DNA from: Bacteroidales bacterium
Lineage (GTDB): Bacteria > Bacteroidota > Bacteroidia > Bacteroidales > WCHB1-69
NCBI GenBank assembly: GCA_017964755.1
Contig: JAGCRI010000176.1
Span: forward strand, 1-57,342
Reading direction: 5' to 3'
Length of the DNA stretch: 57,342 nt
In this document: in pieces, positions 27,451-36,193 of the stretch
Layout of the letters: each line of letters opens with the position of its first letter
Position numbering within the stretch: position 1 is the first letter of the stretch
Notes under the pieces: generated by a model
The model's database searches: none
Told to the model about the DNA's origin: nothing
The model's input: the letters and a program-made list of their open reading frames with translations, nothing else
Made by a program: the position numbers and the translations under genes

Positions 27451-29187
27451 TTAAATTGACTTTGGGATGGCAGAGATAAGTTTCTTGGTATATTCTGTCT
27501 GCGGATGGGCATAAATCTCATCCGCATTGTCAAGTTCAATTATCCTGCCCTGGTACATCACAGCCATTCTGTCAGACATAAATTTGACGACAGAAAGATC
27601 GTGGGAAATAAAAATATATGTAAAATGGAACTCCTGTTTCAACTTGTTGAGAAGATTAAGCACTTGCGCCTGCACCGACACATCGAGAGCTGAAACCGAC
27701 TCATCGCAGATTATGAATTTGGGTTCCACGGCGAGGGCACGCGCTATGGATATGCGCTGCCGCTGCCCGCCTGAGAACTCATGCGGATAACGGTAAAAAT
27801 GGCTTTCATTGAGGTTCACCCGCTCCAGCAGCTCTATAGCCCGCTTCTTACGCTCGTTGTCGTTGTGCCCAATACCATGTACACGCATCGGCTCAATGAG
27901 TGCCGAACCAACTGTAATTCTCTGGTTTAAAGATGAATATGGATCTTGCAATATTATCTGAAGCTCTTTGCGGAGATTTCTCAATTCATGCTGGGAAAGT
28001 GCTGTTATCTCTTTGTCTTTGTAGAACACTTTCCCTGAGGTGGGTTCAATAAGCCGCAGAATTGTGCGCCCCAAAGTGGTTTTGCCGCAGCCCGACTCAC
28101 CCACGAGCCCAAGTGTTTCTCCTTCATATATGTCAATGTTGATATCCTGCAAGGCATGGAGATATTGTCTTTTTTCAAAAAGATGTTCTTTTCTGAGGGG
28201 ATATGTTTTTGACAGATGTTCGACACGCAGTAGCGGGGCGGCACTGTACAACTTTTCGTGCGCGGTGCGGCGTTCCTCCGCCGAAACAGTCAGTTCCGAC
28301 ACCACATCAGTTATACCTCGGCAGTCGCCGTTATTGTACCTCTCCATGAAGTCTGAAACGGTAGGCAATGTTTTAAGCCGCCTGTCCAATGGTGGGCGGC
28401 ATGCAAGAAGTCCCTGAGTATATGGATGTTGCGGATTGGCAAAGATCTGTTTCACATTCCCTGTCTCCACAATTTGTCCCTTAAAGAGCACAACAATGTC
28501 ATCGGCAATTTCAGCCACAACACCCAAATCGTGTGTTATGAACAGCACGCTCATCCCGTACTTCGCCTGCAATGTGCGTATCAGTTCCAAAATGCCTTTC
28601 TGCACAGTGACATCCAAAGCAGTGGTAGGCTCGTCAGCAATTAGTATGTCAGGGTGGCAGCTCATCGCCATCGCTATCATCACGCGCTGCTTCTGCCCGC
28701 CAGACAGTTCAAACGGATATGAGTTGAATATCTTTTCGGGGCGCGGCAACATAACCTCCTTGAAAAGCTCTATGCAGCGTTCCTTTGCCGCCCTCTTCCC
28801 TATTTTTTCATGCACAAGTATCGCTTCAGTGATCTGTTCGCCGCACTTTATCGCAGGATTCAGCGAGGTCATAGGCTCCTGAAATATCATTGCTATTTTT
28901 TTGCCCCTTATTTTCTGAAGTTCTTTTTCCTTTAATGATGTTAGAGACAATTCTTTATCGGTCTCATTGTCATGAAAAATAATATCACCGGAAGTTATCC
29001 TCGAACCTGCAGGGTCAATCAGGCGCATAACTGACAAAGCGGTTACCGACTTGCCTGAACCGGATTCGCCGACAATACCAATGGTCTTGCCTTTCGGCAG
29101 TGTCAAAGAGATATTGTGCAGAATCGGCTTCCACGATTTGTCCTCTTTAAAATCGAATGAGAAATTGTCGATTTTGAGTATGTCCAC
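27451..29187 (-). CDS. ABC transporter ATP-binding protein with two fused NBDs of the Dpp/Opp (YejF/GsiA-like) type
   Basis: There are two Walker A motifs (GESGSGKS, GESGCGKT), two signatures (LSGGQKQR, FSGGQRQR) and two oligopeptide-type C-terminal motifs (HPYTQGLL, HPQTEYTKKL). Confidence 0.85.
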   Translation of the reverse strand: MDILKIDNFSFDFKEDKSWKPILHNISLTLPKGKTIGIVGESGSGKSVTALSVMRLIDPAGSRITSGDIIFHDNETDKELSLTSLKEKELQKIRGKKIAMIFQEPMTSLNPAIKCGEQITEAILVHEKIGKRAAKERCIELFKEVMLPRPEKIFNSYPFELSGGQKQRVMIAMAMSCHPDILIADEPTTALDVTVQKGILELIRTLQAKYGMSVLFITHDLGVVAEIADDIVVLFKGQIVETGNVKQIFANPQHPYTQGLLACRPPLDRRLKTLPTVSDFMERYNNGDCRGITDVVSELTVSAEERRTAHEKLYSAAPLLRVEHLSKTYPLRKEHLFEKRQYLHALQDINIDIYEGETLGLVGESGCGKTTLGRTILRLIEPTSGKVFYKDKEITALSQHELRNLRKELQIILQDPYSSLNQRITVGSALIEPMRVHGIGHNDNERKKRAIELLERVNLNESHFYRYPHEFSGGQRQRISIARALAVEPKFIICDESVSALDVSVQAQVLNLLNKLKQEFHFTYIFISHDLSVVKFMSDRMAVMYQGRIIELDNADEIYAHPQTEYTKKLISAIPKSI

Positions 29188-29198
29188 TTGCCTCAGAA

Positions 29199-30509
29199 TT
29201 AGAATGGTTTATTGTTCTTGTCTGTGTCTTTGTATGTCTTCACTATCTTACCGTTCTGGAATTCAACGCTGTAGATAAGTTTTCCCGACTTGTCCCAATA
29301 GCTCCACGTTCCGTTTTTGCTACGGTTCGAGTAGCTGCCCACCATCTGTTTTTTACCATTGGCGTAGTATTCCTTGAATGCGCCATCTGCCACATCGTCC
29401 TTGAAATTCTGCTCCCTGATTTTTGAGCCTCTTTCGTTATAGAATGCCCACATTCCGTTTTTCTTTCCCTTCACATATTTCCCGTTTTGGAGGAGCTGCC
29501 CGTTTTGCGCATAATCATTCCATTTGCCATGTTGGAGCCCGTTTTGGTAAAACCCTTCAGCCTGTTTTGTTCCGTTTGGATTCCAATATTTGTAACTGCC
29601 GTGCTTTTGACCTTCATTGTATTGGATCTCGTATTTTTTCGTACCGTCAGGATACAAGCCAGACCAGTTGCCGCTCATTCTGCCTTCTTTGAAATAGCCT
29701 TCATTCTGCATTAATCCGTTAGGGTACCACTGCGTCCACTTGCCTGTCTCCTTGTCATTGGTGAACGCTCCTTCGCGCTGTTTCGCCCCAGTTTCGTACC
29801 ACGCTGTCCAGACGCCAGTACGTTTGCCGTCCGTATAACCGCCTTTCTTCCAAAGTTTTCCGTTCTCATAATAGTATGACCAAATGCCCTGCTGCAATCC
29901 ACCTTTAAAATTCCCTTTGCTGCCGACACTACCATCCTTATTATAGAAAATCCAAGTGCTGTCCTGCAAATCGTTGATGGAGCTACCTTCCATTTCCAGA
30001 GTGCCGTCTTTTCTCCACCAATGGGCATATCCGTTGAGTTTCCCGTTTATGTAACTGCCTTCAAAGGCTTTTTGTCCATTGTCATGATACTCTGTAACAT
30101 CACCGTTAATGCTGTCATTTATGAACTCGCATTTTTTAAACAGTTTCCCGTTCGGGTGCTGGAATGTCCAAAGGCCTGAGCGCTTCCCGTCCTTGAATTG
30201 TCCTACGGCCTCCACCGCCCCTGTCTTATAATAACTTTTGAACGTTCCGTTATCAGCGTAATAGTCCTGGCTCACCTGACCGTCTTCATACCACATCATC
30301 CAGTGTCCGGTCTTTCTGCCGTATTGGAAGACACCTTCGCTCCATTTCTTGCCGTTCTTGTGATAGTAAGTCCATTGTCCGTGTTCAATGCCGCCGACCT
30401 TCACTCCGACCGACATCAGCTGGTTATTGCTCCAATACTCTTTTACAGTATCCTGTCCGAATAATTTTATTGTTGCAAAGAGCAATGTGATAATGATTAT
30501 TTTTTTCAT
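29199..30509 (-). CDS. Secreted MORN-repeat-variant protein (YwqK-like repeats)
   Basis: It has a signal peptide and more than 12 tandem copies of the roughly 23-aa unit G.W..(Y/W)Y.NG.....G.(F/Y).(N/D)GK.. Confidence 0.75.
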   Translation of the reverse strand: MKKIIIITLLFATIKLFGQDTVKEYWSNNQLMSVGVKVGGIEHGQWTYYHKNGKKWSEGVFQYGRKTGHWMMWYEDGQVSQDYYADNGTFKSYYKTGAVEAVGQFKDGKRSGLWTFQHPNGKLFKKCEFINDSINGDVTEYHDNGQKAFEGSYINGKLNGYAHWWRKDGTLEMEGSSINDLQDSTWIFYNKDGSVGSKGNFKGGLQQGIWSYYYENGKLWKKGGYTDGKRTGVWTAWYETGAKQREGAFTNDKETGKWTQWYPNGLMQNEGYFKEGRMSGNWSGLYPDGTKKYEIQYNEGQKHGSYKYWNPNGTKQAEGFYQNGLQHGKWNDYAQNGQLLQNGKYVKGKKNGMWAFYNERGSKIREQNFKDDVADGAFKEYYANGKKQMVGSYSNRSKNGTWSYWDKSGKLIYSVEFQNGKIVKTYKDTDKNNKPF

Positions 30510-30524
30510 ATTTTGAAAATGTTT

Positions 30525-31268
30525 TTAGAAAACAAATGTATTTCGGCAGCCGAACATTACCATTTCCTCAAAAAGCGGCTGCGAGTTGAGCTGGATTCTG
30601 CGGGCGAACTGTTCGTTAGCGTCAGCAGCGGAAGTGTATGCGGGAAACGCCCCACGGCTTTTCGCCATATTCACACTCTCCTCTGTTATTTTCAGTATAA
30701 ATATTCTCTTTATTTCCGAAATGAAAGCGGTGTCGTATGGATGAGATAAGGCAATGGATGAAAGCAGCTGTTTCTCGTACAGGAACTTGAAAGCCAACTG
30801 TCTTGTAGCTGCCAGCTGTTCTCTGAGGTTTTCTATGAAAACAGACTCCCGCTGGTGCTTAACGGAACTTTTCCGCAACTGTGAAACGGCTTGCGCCATA
30901 CCAGCCATTTTCAAATCAAGAAGGTCATCGGCAATATGGGCTGTTGCACGTGCCTGCGCCATGAAACGTTCCATGTCGAAAGCAGTGTCACCGCAACTGT
31001 CAGTGCAAATGAACTTGCTGAGGTTTACCTTTATGGTCAAAATCCTTGAAAAATCGGGGATGTCATCAATGGTGGGGGCAGAAATATCCTTTTCGGGCAA
31101 AGATATGGTCTCGCCTTTGATAGGCCCGCAAAATTCATCATACGAAAGTTTGTCGTTGTATGTAACTTCTTGATTGTACAATAGTTCCGCCCAAAATTGC
31201 ATAGTCGTGCCACCGCCAACCGCGCCTTCTTTTCCAATCCTGTCAAACAATGTGGGTGTTTCGTGCAT
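30525..31268 (-). CDS. Hypothetical protein with a degenerate ribonucleotide-reductase-like core
   Basis: The ATG at 31268 lies downstream of a minus-strand TATTTTTG box at 31293-31300. By-eye similarity to class II RNR spans VNLSKF....FDMERF......HIADDLLD, TRQLAFKF and ESVNMAKSRGAFPAY. The ORF ends at GCRN. Details are given in the findings. Confidence 0.5.
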   Translation of the reverse strand: MHETPTLFDRIGKEGAVGGGTTMQFWAELLYNQEVTYNDKLSYDEFCGPIKGETISLPEKDISAPTIDDIPDFSRILTIKVNLSKFICTDSCGDTAFDMERFMAQARATAHIADDLLDLKMAGMAQAVSQLRKSSVKHQRESVFIENLREQLAATRQLAFKFLYEKQLLSSIALSHPYDTAFISEIKRIFILKITEESVNMAKSRGAFPAYTSAADANEQFARRIQLNSQPLFEEMVMFGCRNTFVF

Positions 31269-31311
31269 CTTACTATTTTCGCATTTAATTTGCAAAAATA
31301 ATCTTTTTTAT

Positions 31312-31319
31312 TAATTTTG
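31312..31319 (+). promoter_or_regulatory. TAnnTTTG -7 box for der, divergent from the 31293-31300 minus-strand box
   Basis: TAATTTTG lies 92 nt upstream of the ATG at 31411. Confidence 0.35.
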
Positions 31320-31410
31320 CAGCCATATTTTGTAACAGAACCGCGATTGGGCAGGATTTTGAGTACATTGACGTCAGTGTTCGGCCTGCGGAATAAATTT
31401 GTTTGATATT

Positions 31411-32718
31411 ATGGGAAATATTTTGTCTTTGGTGGGGCGTCCTAATGTTGGCAAATCCACTCTATTCAACAGACTTACACAGACACGCGAAGCCATTGTG
31501 GATTCAACAGCCGGTGTAACACGCGACAGGAATTACGGCAAGTCGGAATGGAACGGTTTTGATTTTTCCGTCATCGACACGGGCGGCTATGTTGTCGGCT
31601 CCGATGACATTTTCGAGACAGAAATACGCAAACAGGCTGCTTTAGCCATTGAAGAGTCAGACGTCATCGTCTTCATGGTTGACGGGCGAGAGGGGCTCAC
31701 ACCGCTTGACACGGAGATAGCCAACCTGCTGCGTCGCTCAAAAAAGCCTTTCTATCTCGCTGTAAACAAAATAGACAGTCCAAGTAATTTTTTCGATTAC
31801 ACTGAATTTTACGAATTGGGCATTAACGAGGTGTACCCGTTATCAGCGGCGACCGGAAGCGGCACCGGCGAACTTTTGGACGCTGTAGCCAAGCATTTCA
31901 AAAAAGATGAGGAGGTCTTTCTTGAAGAGTTGCCTAAAATAACTATCGTTGGGAAACCTAATGTCGGCAAATCCTCAATTATCAACACTTTTCTCGGCTA
32001 TGAGCGCCATATTGTGACACCGATTGCCGGCACCACACGCGATGCAATCTACACAAGATACAAAGGGTTCGGCTTCGACTTCTATTTGGTGGATACTGCA
32101 GGGCTGAGACGCAAAAGCAAAGTTCAGGAAGACCTTGAGTTCTACTCTGTGATGCGCTCAGTGTGGGCTATAGAAAAAGCCGATGTATGCATTGTGATGG
32201 TTGACATCTCCACAGGCCTCGATGCCCAAGACCTTAATATTTTCAGTTTGGCTGCACGTAACAGAAAAGGCATCGTTTTAGTTCTCAACAAATGGGACTT
32301 GGTAGAGAAAGACAATAAGACGATGGACATGTATCTGGAAAAAGTGAAGGAGAAAATCGCACCGTTTACCGACATACCTATTATTTTCACTTCTGTCACC
32401 AACAAACAGAGAATATACAAGGTGATGGAGGAGGCTGCCCGGGTTTACAGGAATCGCACGCGCCGTGTCCCCACCTCAGAACTCAACAACGTAATGCTGC
32501 CCATCATCCAGCAGACACCGCCGCCTATCAATAAGGACAAGATGATAAAAATCAAGTATGTAACACAACTGCCAACACAGTTTCCGGCTTTCGCTTTCTT
32601 CTGCAATCTTCCGCAATATGTGCGCGACAGTTATAAGCGGTTCCTTGAAAACAAAATACGCGAGAACTGGGATTTCCAAGGTGTACCAATGGAGATTTAT
32701 TTCAGACGGAAATCATAA
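31411..32718 (+). CDS. der: Ribosome biogenesis GTPase Der (EngA)
   Basis: Two GTPase domains (GRPNVGKSTLFNRL, DTGG; GKPNVGKSSIINTF, DTAG, NKWD) are followed by a KH-like C-terminus. The ATG at 31411 is preferred over the TTG at 31399. Confidence 0.9.
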   Translation: MGNILSLVGRPNVGKSTLFNRLTQTREAIVDSTAGVTRDRNYGKSEWNGFDFSVIDTGGYVVGSDDIFETEIRKQAALAIEESDVIVFMVDGREGLTPLDTEIANLLRRSKKPFYLAVNKIDSPSNFFDYTEFYELGINEVYPLSAATGSGTGELLDAVAKHFKKDEEVFLEELPKITIVGKPNVGKSSIINTFLGYERHIVTPIAGTTRDAIYTRYKGFGFDFYLVDTAGLRRKSKVQEDLEFYSVMRSVWAIEKADVCIVMVDISTGLDAQDLNIFSLAARNRKGIVLVLNKWDLVEKDNKTMDMYLEKVKEKIAPFTDIPIIFTSVTNKQRIYKVMEEAARVYRNRTRRVPTSELNNVMLPIIQQTPPPINKDKMIKIKYVTQLPTQFPAFAFFCNLPQYVRDSYKRFLENKIRENWDFQGVPMEIYFRRKS

Positions 32719-32748
32719 TTGACTGAAATCATTATTGAAACATAACAA

Positions 32749-32785
32749 CAAGCCCCCGCCGGATTCCGACAGGGGCTTGATTTTT
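32749..32785 (+). terminator. Rho-independent terminator after der
   Basis: The 8-bp stem CAAGCCCC/GGGGCTTG encloses an inner CGG/CCG helix and is followed by GATTTTT. Confidence 0.55.
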
Positions 32786-32806
32786 ACGACAAACTATATC
32801 TTAATA

Positions 32807-34288
32807 TTATGGTCTGTGTCTGAGTATTGCCGGCAGGTCATTAAGAACCTGTTCTTCAGTATATTCAACGCCACCATACTCACCAGGACTGTAGATAAGG
32901 ACATTGCCGCTTGCGCAATTAGTGAAAGTATTTCCGCTATGAGTCACATTACCCCATTGAGATACATCTTCGATTGCCACACCATAATGGCCACTCGGTC
33001 CGAATGTGTTGTTTGTCAACGTAAAATGGGCATAATAGCCTATCCACATGCATTGTCTGTTATCCCATTCGTTGCCGTTGCCTGCATTTTCGAATTTGCA
33101 ATAGCTGATAGTGCTTGCAGATTGTTCGGTATATACACCAATACCATACCATGACGGACTGTTTCCGAGTCCACGGAATATGATAGGCTCGCTGGCTGTG
33201 CCTATTGCCTTAAAGACCACCTCGCTTGCAACAGACGCTCCAGTATTGTTAGCCATAACTATCTCTGTGCCAGGGGCAATAGTAATGGTACGTGAGCCGC
33301 CAAATGTCATACCTTCATTGAAAAAGTAAGGTACTGAAAGTTTAGGTATAGTTATATCACCCATGTCATCGTCAATATAACTTCTTTCAACGCACAGATA
33401 GTTTTTGCCGTTTGCTGTGAATGTGTTACTATATGTGAAATTCTTGTAGCTTTCAAGTTCATAGCTGCGTACAGGGTTTTTCGCGCAATTCTTGATTGTA
33501 TTATCGTCAAAAGCCGTGATTGTGGCTTCATCATTCACATAGATGCCATTAGCGTTGCCGCCATCAATTGTGCAGTGTTTCATGCTGAGTTTGCCATAAA
33601 GGTCAATAACTCCTTCATAATCCTGTGTAGCGCTGCCGCCACGGAGGAATTTCACGTATTCAAACTGATTGTCATTACGGTTGCTGCCGACAACAATGCC
33701 ACCCCATGAACCGTTATTCGGATTATTTGTAGGTCCTTGGAAAACAATCGGTTTTTCAGCTGTGCCAACCATACGGATACCGGCGTTTGAGCCTATAGAG
33801 ATACTACCGTCAATTCCTGTGAACATAACAGTTACACCCGGGTCAATAGTCAACAGGGCATTGCCATCAACATAAAGCACGCCTTCAATGATATAGTCAA
33901 CGGCAAGACCGCGGTCAGGCCATGTAACGTTCTCGCTGATTGTCCCGCTCATCACTTGAGCGTCACCGCCGTTACCGCCGCCGCCGCCGGGGTTGTTGCC
34001 GCCGCCGTTCGGGTCATCGCTGAAAGTGGCAATGTAAACTGCATTTGTGCTAACTGTAATGGTACGCGGGTTGCTCTTGTCACCATCCTGCCAGCTGATG
34101 AAATAGTAGCCCGCCGCCGGAATTGCACTGAGGGTGGCCTGATCACCGTCATAGTATGTGCCACCGCCTGTTACGGTACCCCATGCGTTGTTGTTTGACT
34201 GAACAGTAATTGTGTACTGTTTCTTGCACCCTGTCAGAGTCATGACCACCAACAAGGCGAGACCTAAAAATTTGATTGTTGTTTTCAT
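32807..34288 (-). CDS. Lipoprotein with a Listeria-Bacteroides (InlB B-type) repeat, a Gly-rich linker and a right-handed parallel beta-helix domain
   Basis: The lipobox is LTGC. YTITVQSNNNAWGTVTGGGTYYDGDQATLSAIPAAGYYFISW matches the Flg_new/Listeria-Bacteroides repeat. The linker is NGGGNNPGGGGGNGG. Periodic G/N/I/V-rich turns follow (GGNANGIYV, GNVLIY). Confidence 0.65.
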   Translation of the reverse strand: MKTTIKFLGLALLVVMTLTGCKKQYTITVQSNNNAWGTVTGGGTYYDGDQATLSAIPAAGYYFISWQDGDKSNPRTITVSTNAVYIATFSDDPNGGGNNPGGGGGNGGDAQVMSGTISENVTWPDRGLAVDYIIEGVLYVDGNALLTIDPGVTVMFTGIDGSISIGSNAGIRMVGTAEKPIVFQGPTNNPNNGSWGGIVVGSNRNDNQFEYVKFLRGGSATQDYEGVIDLYGKLSMKHCTIDGGNANGIYVNDEATITAFDDNTIKNCAKNPVRSYELESYKNFTYSNTFTANGKNYLCVERSYIDDDMGDITIPKLSVPYFFNEGMTFGGSRTITIAPGTEIVMANNTGASVASEVVFKAIGTASEPIIFRGLGNSPSWYGIGVYTEQSASTISYCKFENAGNGNEWDNRQCMWIGYYAHFTLTNNTFGPSGHYGVAIEDVSQWGNVTHSGNTFTNCASGNVLIYSPGEYGGVEYTEEQVLNDLPAILRHRP

Positions 34289-34584
34289 TTTTTATTATTT
34301 TGGTTTTTAATAATTTTAGGTTCAATTTATTTATCTTAACTGCAAATTATTCCATTTAAACGTGCAAAAGTAGAAAAAAATTTTTTACACATTGCTAAGA
34401 AATGATATTTTTTTTACCGCCATTCTGTTGATATCCATAATGTAATCTATCTTTTTTTATAAAACTCATCTTCAATATTTTAAATTCGTAAAATCAGGCA
34501 GATTCATTGTAGAAAAGAGTATTTTTATTATTTTTGTCCAAATATAATTTGACTTTCACAATCATCACCCTACTAAAAAAGCAG

Positions 34585-36171
34585 ATGAAAAATATATTAA
34601 GCAGAGTAAAATCCCACTTGTTTCCGCTATGCGTCATCATGGCTGTGGCGATGATAATCAGCGTTAAACATCTTAACGAACCGCCGGCATACATTCACGC
34701 GTGGGCGCAAGCAGACAACTATTCTCTTGCTCTCGGATTCACGCACAACGGAGGCGACCTGTTCCACCCTCATACACTCATTTACAACAAACAACAGAAA
34801 GACTTCTCAGCGCCGTTATCTTTGGTCACAGGCTGCGACCTTCCTCTGCACCACTGGATAGCCGCCGGACTGATGACAATTACAGGCAGCCACGAGCCAT
34901 GGGTTTTCCGCAGCCTTACCCTTGCCGTTGCCATAGCAGGCCTGTTGATGCTATATTTGTTGGTCTATGTCATAACCTGCTCAAGAGCAAAATCACTGAT
35001 AGTTGCGACGCTCACGGCCACCGCGCCATCATTCGCCTACTACAGTTCATCATTCCTTCCTACAATTCCAGCCATATCAATGGCTGTCGCCGGATTGCTG
35101 TTTTACGCCCTACACCTGCGCGACGACAAACTCTGGATGCTGTATGCCGGCCTCCTGTTCCTCACCTTATCAATGATGACACGCACCTCATTCGCAGTGT
35201 TATGGGTGGCGGTTGCCTGCTTCCAATTCCTGCGCATTATGTGCCGCGAAACAAGTTTGCGCACATCGTGGCTGCCGTTTGTACTCGGTGCGGTGCTCTT
35301 CGTATCCTGGTGGCTGTGGAACTGGCACCTACGGAACGAATACGGTTCACTCTTCCTGTCAAGTCTGCTCCCTGTGCGCAGCGTTGAACAAGCGCGGTAT
35401 GTCATGCAGAACGTGCACGACAGATGGATGTTCCACTATTTCCAGCGTATGCAGCACTGGCTATACGTGGCAGTGGCAATAGTTGCTGTTATCTCATTGA
35501 TAATCAAATGGAAAGAGGCACATCATGAAAATAAACAGTTGTCGCTATGGTGGTTTATAGCTATCTGGTTTTTCGGTGAAATGCTGTTTGCCGCAGCCAT
35601 GTCGCGCCAATATTGCGACCACGACTACTATTTTCTTGACAGTTTCTTTTTGCCCATAGTGCTATTGTTGGCAATGCTTCTGAAGCAGATTCCGAACCCC
35701 ACAAAACTCTGGAGCCGTATAGGCGCACTTATTATTGTGCTGACACTCACTTGGTTTATGACAGACGAAGCGTGCCAAATGCAGAAATTGCGCCGGCAGG
35801 AAGGTGTTGACGCCTTTGAAACGGCAGTACGCTACAAATACGCCAACAAGATGTTGGAGGAGACAGGGTTCGGCTCCCGCGACTTGCGCTTTCTGACACT
35901 TTTCGCCTATCCGCAAAACACGCCCTTTGTGATGATGGACAGGGAAGGCTATGCTGTGATGAGCAACAAACCGGCTGCAGTAGCCCACGCCCTGACTTTC
36001 GATTTCGACTATATCCTTATTGAAGATGAAGTATATCGGCAGGAATTTGACGACGCCCTATACATTCTTCCGCGCCTGCAACGGTTAGCAGGCAACGGCG
36101 AGATTTCTGTCTGCACGCTCTCCGACAGCACACTTCATACCACTGCAGACCATTTTTTTGAACGGAACTGA
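34585..36171 (+). CDS. Polytopic membrane glycosyltransferase, ArnT/PMT (GT39/GT83)-like
   Basis: It has about 11 N-terminal helices, an early periplasmic-loop motif (AQADNYSLALGF) and a soluble C-terminal domain of about 150 aa. The ATG at 34585 follows a TATTTTTG box at 34529-34536, and the ORF-track TTG start is part of that box. Confidence 0.5.
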   Translation: MKNILSRVKSHLFPLCVIMAVAMIISVKHLNEPPAYIHAWAQADNYSLALGFTHNGGDLFHPHTLIYNKQQKDFSAPLSLVTGCDLPLHHWIAAGLMTITGSHEPWVFRSLTLAVAIAGLLMLYLLVYVITCSRAKSLIVATLTATAPSFAYYSSSFLPTIPAISMAVAGLLFYALHLRDDKLWMLYAGLLFLTLSMMTRTSFAVLWVAVACFQFLRIMCRETSLRTSWLPFVLGAVLFVSWWLWNWHLRNEYGSLFLSSLLPVRSVEQARYVMQNVHDRWMFHYFQRMQHWLYVAVAIVAVISLIIKWKEAHHENKQLSLWWFIAIWFFGEMLFAAAMSRQYCDHDYYFLDSFFLPIVLLLAMLLKQIPNPTKLWSRIGALIIVLTLTWFMTDEACQMQKLRRQEGVDAFETAVRYKYANKMLEETGFGSRDLRFLTLFAYPQNTPFVMMDREGYAVMSNKPAAVAHALTFDFDYILIEDEVYRQEFDDALYILPRLQRLAGNGEISVCTLSDSTLHTTADHFFERN

Positions 36172-36193
36172 ACCATTTTGGTCTTATTGGCAA

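Noticed and set aside
29199-30509. The MORN/YwqK-like repeat protein as an immunity protein of a polymorphic toxin system
   Set aside because: It has a signal peptide and no adjacent LXG, Rhs or deaminase toxin gene. Repeat proteins of this kind are widespread periplasmic proteins in Bacteroidota.
34701-35387. 228-aa alternative-frame ORF inside the ArnT-like gene, and similar cases at 39333..39962, 44531..44995 and 48684..49268
   Set aside because: Their Arg/Pro/His/Cys-rich translations are typical of off-frame reading of membrane or GC-richer genes. Each overlaps a gene with strong homology signatures (DUF1111, rnfB, rnfE/rnfA).
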